Part shown: positions 29,380 to 38,412 of the stretch, piece after piece
Layout: each line of letters opens with the position of its first letter
Position numbering within the stretch: the stretch's first letter is position 1
From: Candidatus Pacebacteria bacterium CG2_30_36_39
GTDB lineage: Bacteria; Patescibacteriota; Microgenomatia; UBA1400; PJMF01
DNA: 64,000 nucleotides
Assembly: GCA_001873435.1 (NCBI GenBank)
Contig: MNZB01000003.1
Coordinates: 206,031 to 270,030 of the forward strand
Direction: 5' to 3'
Program-made: the position numbers and the translations under genes
The notes under the pieces: generated by a model
Databases searched by the model: none
What the model saw: the letters and a program-made list of their open reading frames with translations, nothing else
Told to the model about the DNA's origin: nothing

Positions 29380-30090
29380 TTATTTTTTCTTGGGTTTATC
29401 TTCTATATTATTAGTGACATTTTTCTCATAAAGATCATTCAAGATTTTTTCCACGAGAGTTTTACCACCAAGTCCAATGGCTAGGCCAAAGCCTAGTGAA
29501 AGCATGGCTACAAAACCAATAAAGACGATGGTAAGAAATTCTGCCGCAATGCCAAGTTCAGAAAAAGCTGTCATTGCTGTTAGGGTAATCACGAAATATC
29601 CAGAAACTTTACCCAGTAAACGACCGGTTTTTGGATCAATGGTTCTAATAGCGCCTTTAACCAAGCTTTCTACCCAACCAGCAACCAAAACACCAAAGAG
29701 CAGGATAAACATGGCTGAGATTACATTGGGGATGTAACCTAGGATTTTTTCTAAAACAATAGATATTGAGCCCAAGCCTAGGATGGAGACAATGGTATGA
29801 ATAATTACTAGCATTGTTAACCAGTAAAAAAGATTGGAGATGGTGAAAACAATTCGATCGCCAAGATTTTCTTGTTCAAAAGCTAGTTGTAATGGAGTTT
29901 TGTTTACAAAGCCAGCAAAATTTATGGCTTTAAGAACTTTTTTAACAATGCTTCTAACCATTTTTGCTAGGATGACTCCAACTACTAAGGCAGTAAGAGC
30001 ACCTAGTATTTTTGGTAGTAAAAGTGAGAGGCTTTGGGTGGTCTGTAAGGCCAGATATTGGAAGGAATTTTGTAGGGCTTCATTTGTCAT
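29380..30090 (-). CDS. Mechanosensitive-channel-related TM protein (CmpX-like)
   Basis: LPKILGAL and YIPNVISAMFIL helix repeats, GLAIGLGG. Start MTNEAL at 30090 (the track extension overlaps rnpB). Confidence 0.8.
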   Translation of the reverse strand: MTNEALQNSFQYLALQTTQSLSLLLPKILGALTALVVGVILAKMVRSIVKKVLKAINFAGFVNKTPLQLAFEQENLGDRIVFTISNLFYWLTMLVIIHTIVSILGLGSISIVLEKILGYIPNVISAMFILLFGVLVAGWVESLVKGAIRTIDPKTGRLLGKVSGYFVITLTAMTAFSELGIAAEFLTIVFIGFVAMLSLGFGLAIGLGGKTLVEKILNDLYEKNVTNNIEDKPKKK

Positions 30091-30114
30091 AATGATCCCA
30101 TTATATACACAAAA

Positions 30115-30426
30115 GCGTACAACCCGTAAGCCGGATTCTGTTTTAGGCGAGATTTGTCTAATGCCGAAAGCTTGATGACCCGGCTTTGTTGCCAAAGCAC
30201 CAGGAGTAGGTCTAATAAGGTCAAGGTCGTTCGTTGCAGCCGGGAGGATTGCCCCATTCCCGAAGGAATAGATCCAGTAGCTTGATCGTTTCACTCGGCG
30301 CCACCCGATTCGTCACTGTTGCTCTAACTGTCAAAGCCTCCATTTTCATGGAGCACCGTCTACTCTGCTGTCCGGACTTTCCTCCCCTTTTGCATAAAGC
30401 AAAAGAGGCCGCGCCCGGTTGTACGC
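30115..30426 (-). ncRNA. rnpB: RNase P RNA
   Basis: Minus strand has GAGGAAAGTCCGG and AAACAGAATCCGGCTTA; termini GCGTACAACC/GGTTGTACGC pair as P1. Confidence 0.93.
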
Positions 30427-30445
30427 AACCTATATTATACCTTAA

Positions 30446-31417
30446 TTAATTTTCGAGTATTTTATTGATAATTAATTCTATAGAAAATTCTTCTGCAGTT
30501 TGCCAAGTTATTTGGGTTTGTTTTTTCCACCAAGTCATTTGTCGTCTGGCATATTGGATTTCACTTGTAGTCCAAAGCTCGATCATTTTTTCTTGATCTA
30601 TTTCATTTTTTAGGTATTGATTAATTTCTTGGTAACCCAGTGAAGCTTTGGCAATTAAGTTTTCTGTGGAATAGTTTTTTTCAAAGTTTTTTATTTCTTC
30701 AATTACTTGTTGTTCGATTCTTTTTTTTACTCTTAGAGCTATCTTTTCCTCTAAGTTTTCTGTGGTTAATCCTATTTGAATAGTTGGAATGATTTTTTTA
30801 ATGTTATTATTTTTTGGATTATCTTTAGGAGATAAACTGATTTCTATTGCTCTAATTAAACGACGTGGATTGTTTAAATCTGAGTTGTTCATGGCAATTA
30901 ATTTATTTGGATCACTTTCAATTAGTTGATTTTGAAGTTCTTCTAGGGTTTTGGTTTCTAGTTCGGTTCTTAGTTTTTCATTTGGTTGCTGATGAAGAGT
31001 TGCTGCTGGTTGATAAATCTGTTGATGGTAAAGACCAGTGCCTCCTACAATAATAAAAATTGTTTCTGTTAAATTAGCTACTAAATTAATAACTAAGTTA
31101 TGGAAATGGCCAACTGACCATTCTTTGTCACCAGTTAAAATGCTGGTGCCATGCAAGGTTATCGGTAGTTTTTGGTGAGCAAAATATTGATAAGTTAGTG
31201 AGTCGTTTTTCTTTTTCAACCAGTTTTTTGGAATATCTGCTCCAGTGAGAATAGCGAGCTCTGAGAATACTTGTTTTGAGTCTGCGGAGATTAAAGCTAT
31301 TTTGTAGTTAGGAAATTGTTGATGGAGTTTGTTGGCAAGGCTAAGGGCTTTTTCAGTTTTACCTGTAGCTGTTTGACCGACTAAAGAAATAAATAAAGGT
31401 GTGTTACGATTAATCAC
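30446..31417 (-). CDS. miaA: tRNA dimethylallyltransferase
   Basis: GQTATGKT, ISADSKQ, VGGTGLY, NPRRLIRAIE, YARRQMTW. Confidence 0.9.
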   Translation of the reverse strand: MINRNTPLFISLVGQTATGKTEKALSLANKLHQQFPNYKIALISADSKQVFSELAILTGADIPKNWLKKKNDSLTYQYFAHQKLPITLHGTSILTGDKEWSVGHFHNLVINLVANLTETIFIIVGGTGLYHQQIYQPAATLHQQPNEKLRTELETKTLEELQNQLIESDPNKLIAMNNSDLNNPRRLIRAIEISLSPKDNPKNNNIKKIIPTIQIGLTTENLEEKIALRVKKRIEQQVIEEIKNFEKNYSTENLIAKASLGYQEINQYLKNEIDQEKMIELWTTSEIQYARRQMTWWKKQTQITWQTAEEFSIELIINKILEN

Positions 31418-31449
31418 ATAGTTATTATAACTAAATAAAGGAAATACCT

Positions 31450-31890
31450 ATGTCAAGAATAATAGTTCACGATCAACAGGGTCCAGTTAAAGTTGGTGAT
31501 AAGTTTGTTTGTCAGTGTGGGTTGAGTAAAAACAAGCCATTTTGTGATAAATCTCATCTAAAAACTCTGGATGAAAAGGAAGACACTCTTTATAGCTATG
31601 ATGAAAATGGCAATCGTGAGGAGGTCGAAGAAATGATGGATGATTGTTGTTGTGGTGATTGTGATGATGAAAAATGTGAAAGTTGTTGTAGCGAGGAGCA
31701 ATGTAAAGAATGTTGTGATGATGGTTGTAAAGAATGTGGAGATGAGAAGTGTGGTTGTGGCGACTGTAAAGATTGCAAAGCTGATAAAAAAGATGATAAA
31801 TGTGGTTGCGAATGCGAAGATTGCTCTGATGATGAATGCGGTAGCTGTGACTGTAAAAAATGTGGTTGCGGCAAAGGCTGTTGTAGCTAA
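31450..31890 (+). CDS. CDGSH-type Fe-S domain fused to a Cys-rich metallothionein-like tail
   Basis: CQCGLSKNKPFCDKSH, then 27 Cys in about 80 C-terminal residues; AAGGA SD. Confidence 0.8.
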   Translation: MSRIIVHDQQGPVKVGDKFVCQCGLSKNKPFCDKSHLKTLDEKEDTLYSYDENGNREEVEEMMDDCCCGDCDDEKCESCCSEEQCKECCDDGCKECGDEKCGCGDCKDCKADKKDDKCGCECEDCSDDECGSCDCKKCGCGKGCCS

Positions 31891-33041
31891 ACGATTTTTG
31901 GTCGGTTGTTTAAATTGTCTTTATTAATGATTTGATCGAGTATTTCCCAACGCTTTTTTCTAATTGGGTATGGGATCTCGTCGTGATATAGGCGATGTGC
32001 TGCTGTTCCAGGTCTTGGGGAATACATAGCGACAAAGCCTACTTTCCAGTTCATTTTTTTAGCAAATTCTACTGTTTCATTAAATTCTTCATCTGTTTCT
32101 CCAGGGAAACCTACGATAATATCTGTGCCTAATACTATTTCTGGGTCTCCTGCTCTTAGTTTTTCAACTACTTTAGCATAGTCTGCGGTGGTATAACCTC
32201 GATTCATTCTATCCAAAACAGTGTTGCTTCCAGATTGAACTGGTAGATGGACATAGCGATCAATTTTTTTGTTTTTAACTATCTCTGCCACTAGTTCATC
32301 ATGGAAGTCCCAAGGGTTGCTGCTTAAAAAGCGAATTATTTTTATTTCTGGGAAAGCTGAAATTTTTTGTAATAATTCCACAAAAGGTGGAGTTCCCTCA
32401 GGTTTTAGGTATTGGGATTGGTTATTTGGAATCATTTCTCTAGTGAATTTTTCATCGCTCATTAACATTTTTCTAAGGCTAATGCCCATTTTTTCCAGTC
32501 CCCAGGAATTGACGTTTTGGCCAAGTAAAGTAATTTCGCTATAGCCTTTTTTTACTAAATCTTCAACTTCTATAATGATTTCCTCCATGCTTCTGGATTG
32601 TTCTCTGCCTCTAGAATATGGGACTATGCAGTAGGTACAAAAAGAGTTGCAGCCAGCAGAAATTGGTACCCAAGCATGTTTTTTATCTCTACGAACAGCG
32701 CTTTGATTGAAGCCAACCTCATTGACAGGCAAAATTTCATCAATGGCTGTGACCATTTCCATGATTTTGTTTTTGCCATGATGTAGCATGCAGCCAGTAA
32801 AGATTATTTTTGGTTTTGGTAAATTGCGATCAGCATATGACTTAACTACTTTAAGGACAAAAGCTCTTGCTCTGTCCTCGGCGCTTTTGCGGATGGCACA
32901 GGTATTTACCACTAGTTCATCAGTGTTATCCCAAGATTTGGCTGGTTCATATCCTCTGGCCTCGTAATCACCAGCGATTCTTTCTGAATCACTTTTGTTT
33001 GATTGGCAGCCAAAGGTGTGAATGAAATATGTTTTTTTCAT
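31887..33041 (-). CDS. miaB: tRNA methylthiotransferase MiaB (no TRAM domain evident)
   Basis: TFGCQSN..DSE, NTCAIR, GCNSFCTYC, HLPVQSGS, DIIVGFPGET; lies near miaA. Confidence 0.88.
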   Translation of the reverse strand: MKKTYFIHTFGCQSNKSDSERIAGDYEARGYEPAKSWDNTDELVVNTCAIRKSAEDRARAFVLKVVKSYADRNLPKPKIIFTGCMLHHGKNKIMEMVTAIDEILPVNEVGFNQSAVRRDKKHAWVPISAGCNSFCTYCIVPYSRGREQSRSMEEIIIEVEDLVKKGYSEITLLGQNVNSWGLEKMGISLRKMLMSDEKFTREMIPNNQSQYLKPEGTPPFVELLQKISAFPEIKIIRFLSSNPWDFHDELVAEIVKNKKIDRYVHLPVQSGSNTVLDRMNRGYTTADYAKVVEKLRAGDPEIVLGTDIIVGFPGETDEEFNETVEFAKKMNWKVGFVAMYSPRPGTAAHRLYHDEIPYPIRKKRWEILDQIINKDNLNNRPKIV

Positions 33042-33056
33042 AATAAATAGGACTTG

Positions 33057-33130
33057 AGGCACGAGCGGGATTCGAACCCGCGAACGAAGGTTTTGCAGAC
33101 CTCGCCATTAGGCCACTCTGGTATCGTGCC
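33057..33130 (-). tRNA. tRNA-Cys(GCA)
   Basis: GGCACGA/TCGTGCC stem; GAGGT-CT-GCA-AA-ACCTT anticodon arm. Confidence 0.95.
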
Positions 33131-33205
33131 GTTTCTCACCGGTAAGCAGTACGGGTGCGATTATACTGGTTGAATCATTAAAATTCGAGGTGCTTTTTAT
33201 TTTTT

Positions 33206-34105
33206 TTAGGCTGTTTGTTGTTTTGCCTGTAGTTCACCTAAGATTTGTTGGGTTTTGACTAAGTTTTCTGCTACGTGCGGCAGTATTTCTTGGGCGGCTG
33301 CAGTGTAATAGCCGTAGGTTGTTGGTTGGTTTTCTTTGGTTCTAGCGCTTTCTCTTTTTAGGAAGCCAGTTAAGATTGTTTCTTGGCTTTTATAGAATTT
33401 TATCCATTCTTCATCGGTGTATGGTTCTTCATGACTTGGTAAGATTCCTAGTTCTCTGCAGATTTTTATTGCTCCATTTAGATAAGTATTCCATTCGCTA
33501 CCCATGCCACATAAATCGGCATCGGCCATGATTTTTTTTAATTTTAAAATACCAATGCTGTCCTTGGTATTTAAATTTGCATCCCAGGTTGTAACTTCTT
33601 CTCCCCCACCAAGAGTAGGAACAATTGTATTTTTTCTTTTGCCTAGTAAGTTGTTTATTTTTTGGGCGATTGCTCCATTGGTATCCATATACCATTGTGT
33701 TGCCAAGATTGTTTCTATTACTTTGCGGATTTGTATTGGAGGAAAATTTAATTCTGCCATTCTTTTCATTACAGTCGTCGCAGTTTTAATTTCATCAATG
33801 CCAGATTCTTGGTTGCTGTCTATATCGTGCCAAGCAACAGCAATTCTTAGAAGAATGGTATCTTCTTTGGGTAATCCCATTTTTTGTGCAATTTTTTCTG
33901 CTACTGCCATTACGGTATTGATGTGTTCTGGATTATGATAGATTCTTGGTTCTTTACCTTTTGTTCCATATTTTTCATTCATTAAAAAATATGCTTCAGC
34001 AATGAGTTGTTCTGCTTTTGCTTCTAGTTCTTTGTCTTTGAGGGAAGTTTTTTCTGGGATGTTCCAGAATTGTGTATTTAGTTCATGTGACAAGTCTTCT
34101 TGCAT
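33206..34105 (-). CDS. HD-domain metal-dependent phosphohydrolase
   Basis: YHNPEH...AWHD...ADADL. Confidence 0.8.
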   Translation of the reverse strand: MQEDLSHELNTQFWNIPEKTSLKDKELEAKAEQLIAEAYFLMNEKYGTKGKEPRIYHNPEHINTVMAVAEKIAQKMGLPKEDTILLRIAVAWHDIDSNQESGIDEIKTATTVMKRMAELNFPPIQIRKVIETILATQWYMDTNGAIAQKINNLLGKRKNTIVPTLGGGEEVTTWDANLNTKDSIGILKLKKIMADADLCGMGSEWNTYLNGAIKICRELGILPSHEEPYTDEEWIKFYKSQETILTGFLKRESARTKENQPTTYGYYTAAAQEILPHVAENLVKTQQILGELQAKQQTA

Positions 34106-34153
34106 CAAAATAATGATACGTTGACTTGAGGATAAGCACAAGCTAGCAGATTC

Positions 34154-34930
34154 TTATTCTGTTTCTGGTATTTCAGCTAAAACTGGAATTAGAATTGAGG
34201 CATAGAGGTTTAGGGCTTCATTGTCTGCAATCAGTGTTTCTTGATCGTTAAATATTTCGTCACTTGCTAATGATTCTCTGGCTACAACAATTATTGGAAT
34301 TGTTGGTACTGAGATTTGTTTGTCTAGTAATGCTTTGGAGATGAGTTTTTTTAGAGAGTTAATGGTTGCTCCAGAGCTGTAGACGTCATCGACAAAGGCA
34401 ATATTTTTTCCTTGTTGAATTAGGTTGATTATTTTTTCTAGAGTTTCTTCGTTAATAGCAAAGAATTTTGATGGATCGTTTGGTCCTAGGGTGATTGGTC
34501 TACATTCTTCTATCCAATATGTTTCTCCGTTGGGGCTAGCTAGTTTTACTACTTCGTCTTTGGTGTAGATGTGTTTTTGTCCGTTTTCTTGAGTTGATCC
34601 GCCAAGAATAATAATTGGTTGATTTTCAAGTTCGGCTTTAATATTTGCTTCTTGGATCATTTGTTCTGATTTTGAAGATGGTGCAGTGATGATTAAATCA
34701 ATTTTTAGTTTCTTTAAGAATTCAGCCAAAACATTGGCTCCTGCGATGCCTAGTTCTGGAGATCTTGGGTCTAGAATGGCAATGTATTCTGGGTGTTCTG
34801 TGGTTCCAACATTAATGATTGGAAGGTGAAATTTTTGGTTGTCTAAGGTTATTTCTAAGGAAAAAGTATCGTTACTTTCTTTTTTAATATTTTTAGCAGT
34901 GTAGATTTCGATCTCTTTTGAATGACTCAT
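34154..34930 (-). CDS. Divergent type I phosphoribosyltransferase
   Basis: PRPP-binding loop IAFVDDVYSSGAT. Confidence 0.75.
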   Translation of the reverse strand: MSHSKEIEIYTAKNIKKESNDTFSLEITLDNQKFHLPIINVGTTEHPEYIAILDPRSPELGIAGANVLAEFLKKLKIDLIITAPSSKSEQMIQEANIKAELENQPIIILGGSTQENGQKHIYTKDEVVKLASPNGETYWIEECRPITLGPNDPSKFFAINEETLEKIINLIQQGKNIAFVDDVYSSGATINSLKKLISKALLDKQISVPTIPIIVVARESLASDEIFNDQETLIADNEALNLYASILIPVLAEIPETE

Positions 34931-34998
34931 TTAAAAATAATATAGCACAAGTTTTATTTAATAAATAATTTTATATTTTGGATGTATTATGTTTGTAT

Positions 34999-35310
34999 AT
35001 GTCAACTGAATTTGCTCAAAAGGTTTATGAAGCTTTGAAAAAAGTTCCTAGGGGGAAAGTAATCAGTTATAAGCGATTAGCTGAGATGATTGGCTCAAAA
35101 GCCTATAGGGCTGTTGGTTCTGTTTTGGCAAAAAATCCTTACGCTCCAGTAGTTCCTTGTCATCGGGTGGTTGCCAGCGACGGATCTCTTGGTGGTTTTA
35201 TGGGTAGTAAATCCAAGAATAATTTAATTAAAAAACAATTACTTCTTAATTCTGAGGGGGTTATAATAAAAGATGGAAAAATAGTAGATTTTGAGGTAAT
35301 AAGTTTTTAA
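34999..35310 (+). CDS. O6-methylguanine-DNA methyltransferase (C-terminal domain only)
   Basis: VPRGKVISY, RAVG, PCHRVV active site. Confidence 0.9.
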   Translation: MSTEFAQKVYEALKKVPRGKVISYKRLAEMIGSKAYRAVGSVLAKNPYAPVVPCHRVVASDGSLGGFMGSKSKNNLIKKQLLLNSEGVIIKDGKIVDFEVISF

Positions 35311-35315
35311 TTGAA

Positions 35316-35594
35316 ATGGAAGAAAAAGAAAAGCAATCAGGGTATAAATTGCCAGAGCGAGGTCCTAATATCATTAGGAATTGGTGGGATTTTTTAGTGT
35401 TAACCGTTATGTTGGGTAAGCCAATTTCTTGGAATAAGAGTCTTGGAGATTTTATTGAGACTAGGGGTATTTCTAGAAAATATATTATTGATTTGTATGG
35501 TAGATACGACAGGAAAAGTATTGAAAAATATATAAATGCTTTAGCTGATATTAGGGGCAATAGTTATGATGAAATTCTTGGAAAGAAGATATGA
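35316..35594 (+). CDS. Hypothetical protein
   Basis: 92-aa ORF 5 nt after the MGMT gene, same strand. Confidence 0.55.
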   Translation: MEEKEKQSGYKLPERGPNIIRNWWDFLVLTVMLGKPISWNKSLGDFIETRGISRKYIIDLYGRYDRKSIEKYINALADIRGNSYDEILGKKI

Positions 35595-35643
35595 TATTTT
35601 TCCCAGTAAGTAATAGTAAATGATTCAGATATTTAGTCTCATA

Positions 35644-35672
35644 TTGACATATTATAGGATATAAAGTATAAT
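35644..35672 (+). promoter_or_regulatory. Consensus sigma70 promoter
   Basis: TTGACA-17 nt-TATAAT. Confidence 0.8.
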
Positions 35673-35870
35673 TATTGGTGTTCTTTACCAATTTAGTTAT
35701 CCAAGATGTTGGAGACACTGCGTCTCAAGGCTAAATGCCAAAAATATCTTGTTTTACTAATTCATACGCCACACTGATATATTCTCTATTTTCTAGGGGA
35801 AAATTATGTTTATTTTGTAAATATAGTTTTCCCCTAGATTCTAAACCCTGACTCGGGAAAGAACCACAGA

Positions 35871-36182
35871 ATGAGTCATTTATGGAGAAGTATCATGTTT
35901 AACCATCTTAATATTCTATTTGCTATCCTTTGGGCAATTTCGCAAACCCTGTTGGGCGTTGCTATTGCTTTTGCCATTGCCAAGCTTCGCAAGAACTGGT
36001 ATGGCGCTGGTCGCTGGGGCGCTGGTCTTTCGACCGCGATGGCTTTGTTGCTGTTTGCTCATGTTTATGAAAGCAATCCAGTCACTTTCGCTGTGGGAAT
36101 TTTCATTGGCTTAGTTATCTCTGCCATTGTTGATGCCCTCTTTTCCCCAAAGACTGAGCAGGATGTAGATGATATGTATTAA
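35871..36182 (+). CDS. Small 3-TM hypothetical protein
   Basis: Three hydrophobic segments; GGAG upstream of the second ATG (MFNH), which may be the true start; own promoter and terminator. Confidence 0.7.
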   Translation: MSHLWRSIMFNHLNILFAILWAISQTLLGVAIAFAIAKLRKNWYGAGRWGAGLSTAMALLLFAHVYESNPVTFAVGIFIGLVISAIVDALFSPKTEQDVDDMY

Positions 36183-36191
36183 TAGTTTGAG

Positions 36192-36224
36192 AAGGTGGGA
36201 TGTCGTTAGTTGACATCCCACCTT
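36192..36224 (+). terminator. Terminator hairpin
   Basis: AAGGTGGGATGTC-7 nt-GACATCCCACCTT (13-bp stem); a second hairpin with a T tract lies at about 36305-36330. Confidence 0.7.
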
Positions 36225-36369
36225 TGAAGATAAGATTTTTATTTAGGAGTGGATAAATATTTTTTTATCAGTGTGGCAAACACAAATTAGCAATAAACAT
36301 AATAAGAGCTCCTCTAAGGGAGCTTTTTTTGTTTAATATTAATGAAAATAATTGTTATTATTTCTTTTT

Positions 36370-38091
36370 TTAATTTAATTTTGCCTTTTTGCATAATTCA
36401 AGCAAAACAGTCTTTTTTTCTAACGAAATATTTTTTGATTCCCAAGCTCTTAAAGCAATTTTTTCTGGATGAAATCTATTATGGTGAGTATAGATTCTAT
36501 CTGGCTTAAACTGTTCAATAGGAATGGCATCAACATCGTTGCTTGAAGCTACAACTAAGACATTTTTTTCAATTAAGTAACATGGAGCGGTATTGTTTTT
36601 AACAGCCCAAAAATAGACATTGTCCAACTGTTTAATTCCTTCAAGGGTTTTTTCATCACGATTGTTTGCTTGAAATTGAACTAGACTAGGATCTATTTGG
36701 TTGTACCAAGAAAAGAAAATATATGGTTGTGTGTCGGTATTTGTAAAATAAATTTTGTCGTAATTATGTCTGTTATTCCAGATTTCTGTACTAGCTTCTT
36801 TATAAAAACCATGCCAATAAGGCTCAGACATTTCTGGAAAATATATTAACCAATCATGAAAATATAAACCAAAGTTTAAGCCTAAGATTAATATAATACC
36901 TATTTTATAAAATAATGTGAAAGTATAGCTCTTGGTTTTTATTTTAATCCAACTAATACTATCAATGATTCCTTTTGCAGCGAAGAAACAGAGGGCTGGA
37001 ATCATAATGAGCGATCTATTTGGGTTGGTGTCACCACTTGTAAGAGTTGATGGGATTGGAGAGATGAGAAGCCATGATATGAAGAACCAATACATGTTGT
37101 TTCTGTTTTTTGTTGAAAAGATACCAATTATTAAGAATGGCACTAAAAATAAATAAAAGTTTCCATGTATGCTAAACGAAAAAGCAGCAGTTTGGTTGTT
37201 TGAGGGCAATAAATACTCTGGTGAAAAATGTGATGTATATTTTTTTCCCAACTGATTTATTACATACCAGCCTTTATTATTAAAGATTCTCACAAATGGG
37301 TAATTTAGGATTCTATTTCTATAAATCCCTTCTTCCGTTGCACTTGTTATTTCTGTGCTATTCCAAAAAAAGACAGTTTTAGCGCGTTCTCCTCCAAAAG
37401 AAAAAATAGCGTTGTATAGTATTAAAATACTTCCAATTACTAGTATCATCCATGGAGTTTTTTGTTTTAAAATTTGTTTCCAAAATTCTTTTTTATAAAA
37501 AATTATTTGATAAATAAATATTAGAACTGGAACAAATAGTCTGGCTGAATGATAAACATACATGGACATTAATAATAAAATAGCGCCAAGTATATTTAGT
37601 TTTTTATTTTTTACAGTCCAAAACCAGAGTCCCATTAGCATTAATCCAAGTGATGGCATTGGTTCAAAGGCAATTCTTGAGTAATGAAGAAACCATGGGT
37701 TTGTAACAAGTATTAATCCTGTAACTAAAGATAATTTATCTGCTTTTGGTTGGATAAATTTAATTAGCCCTAAAACTCCTATTATTGCAAGAATTACACT
37801 GGGTAATCTGGCCATAGTTTCATTTACTCCACCTATAATAAAAAAAGGAATAATGGCATATGATAAAAATGCAGATTTGTAGTCGCCAAATGATTTAATA
37901 AATAATGGCCAGTTTATCCCCCATTCGTCTTTTCCAGATTTTAATATGCTATAGGCACTGTATCCATTTGCTGATTCATCCCAATGAAAACCGTTTGGAA
38001 CAGAGCCTAAGTTGAATGAGGTTAAAAATATTCCAAGCAGAATAATTAAAATTAGATACAGATTAAATTTTTGAGTTAAAAACTTATACAC
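36370..38091 (-). CDS. GT-C glycosyltransferase (ArnT/PMT, GT39-like)
   Basis: PNGFHWDE, GKDEWG, FGDYK, ARLPS, YHSARLF; many TM helices. Confidence 0.85.
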   Translation of the reverse strand: MYKFLTQKFNLYLILIILLGIFLTSFNLGSVPNGFHWDESANGYSAYSILKSGKDEWGINWPLFIKSFGDYKSAFLSYAIIPFFIIGGVNETMARLPSVILAIIGVLGLIKFIQPKADKLSLVTGLILVTNPWFLHYSRIAFEPMPSLGLMLMGLWFWTVKNKKLNILGAILLLMSMYVYHSARLFVPVLIFIYQIIFYKKEFWKQILKQKTPWMILVIGSILILYNAIFSFGGERAKTVFFWNSTEITSATEEGIYRNRILNYPFVRIFNNKGWYVINQLGKKYTSHFSPEYLLPSNNQTAAFSFSIHGNFYLFLVPFLIIGIFSTKNRNNMYWFFISWLLISPIPSTLTSGDTNPNRSLIMIPALCFFAAKGIIDSISWIKIKTKSYTFTLFYKIGIILILGLNFGLYFHDWLIYFPEMSEPYWHGFYKEASTEIWNNRHNYDKIYFTNTDTQPYIFFSWYNQIDPSLVQFQANNRDEKTLEGIKQLDNVYFWAVKNNTAPCYLIEKNVLVVASSNDVDAIPIEQFKPDRIYTHHNRFHPEKIALRAWESKNISLEKKTVLLELCKKAKLN

Positions 38092-38161
38092 AACTCACAA
38101 GATTTTAATGATTTAATGAAAAATTAGCAATCTTAATAAAAAATAATTTTTTTGAAAACTG

Positions 38162-38284
38162 GTGAGCAACCGTTTGGCTGGTTCAAACTTTTTATCTGAT
38201 GTTGTCCATGCGTTGGAAGACTTTAAAGCCTTCATCGCGAGCATGGGCGAGGCATTTTTACCAACCCCTGCACTTGCATATTAG
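38162..38284 (+). other. Left junction carrying the detached in-frame C-terminal coding segment of the recombinase
   Basis: GTG AGC AAC...GCA TAT TAG = VSNRLAGSNFLSDVVHALEDFKAFIASMGEAFLPTPALAY*; its GTG is in the same codon phase as recombinase Val514. Confidence 0.7.
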
Positions 38285-38412
38285 CCCACCCACGGTGTGG
38301 CCTACACCCCCTGCGTGGGAATTACCCTTAAAGGGGCGACATATACTAATGGTATAGCTTGGTTTATAGGTTAAATAATACCTATATTGAAATATTCATA
38401 TTTCAATAAACA

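Noticed and set aside
30091-30449. N-terminal extension of ORF 29380-30294 and ORF 30234-30449
   Set aside because: Both overlap the RNase P RNA; the membrane protein more plausibly starts at 30090.
31596-31927. S/Q/H-rich and V/M/K-rich ORFs
   Set aside because: Shadow frames of the low-complexity Cys-rich gene.
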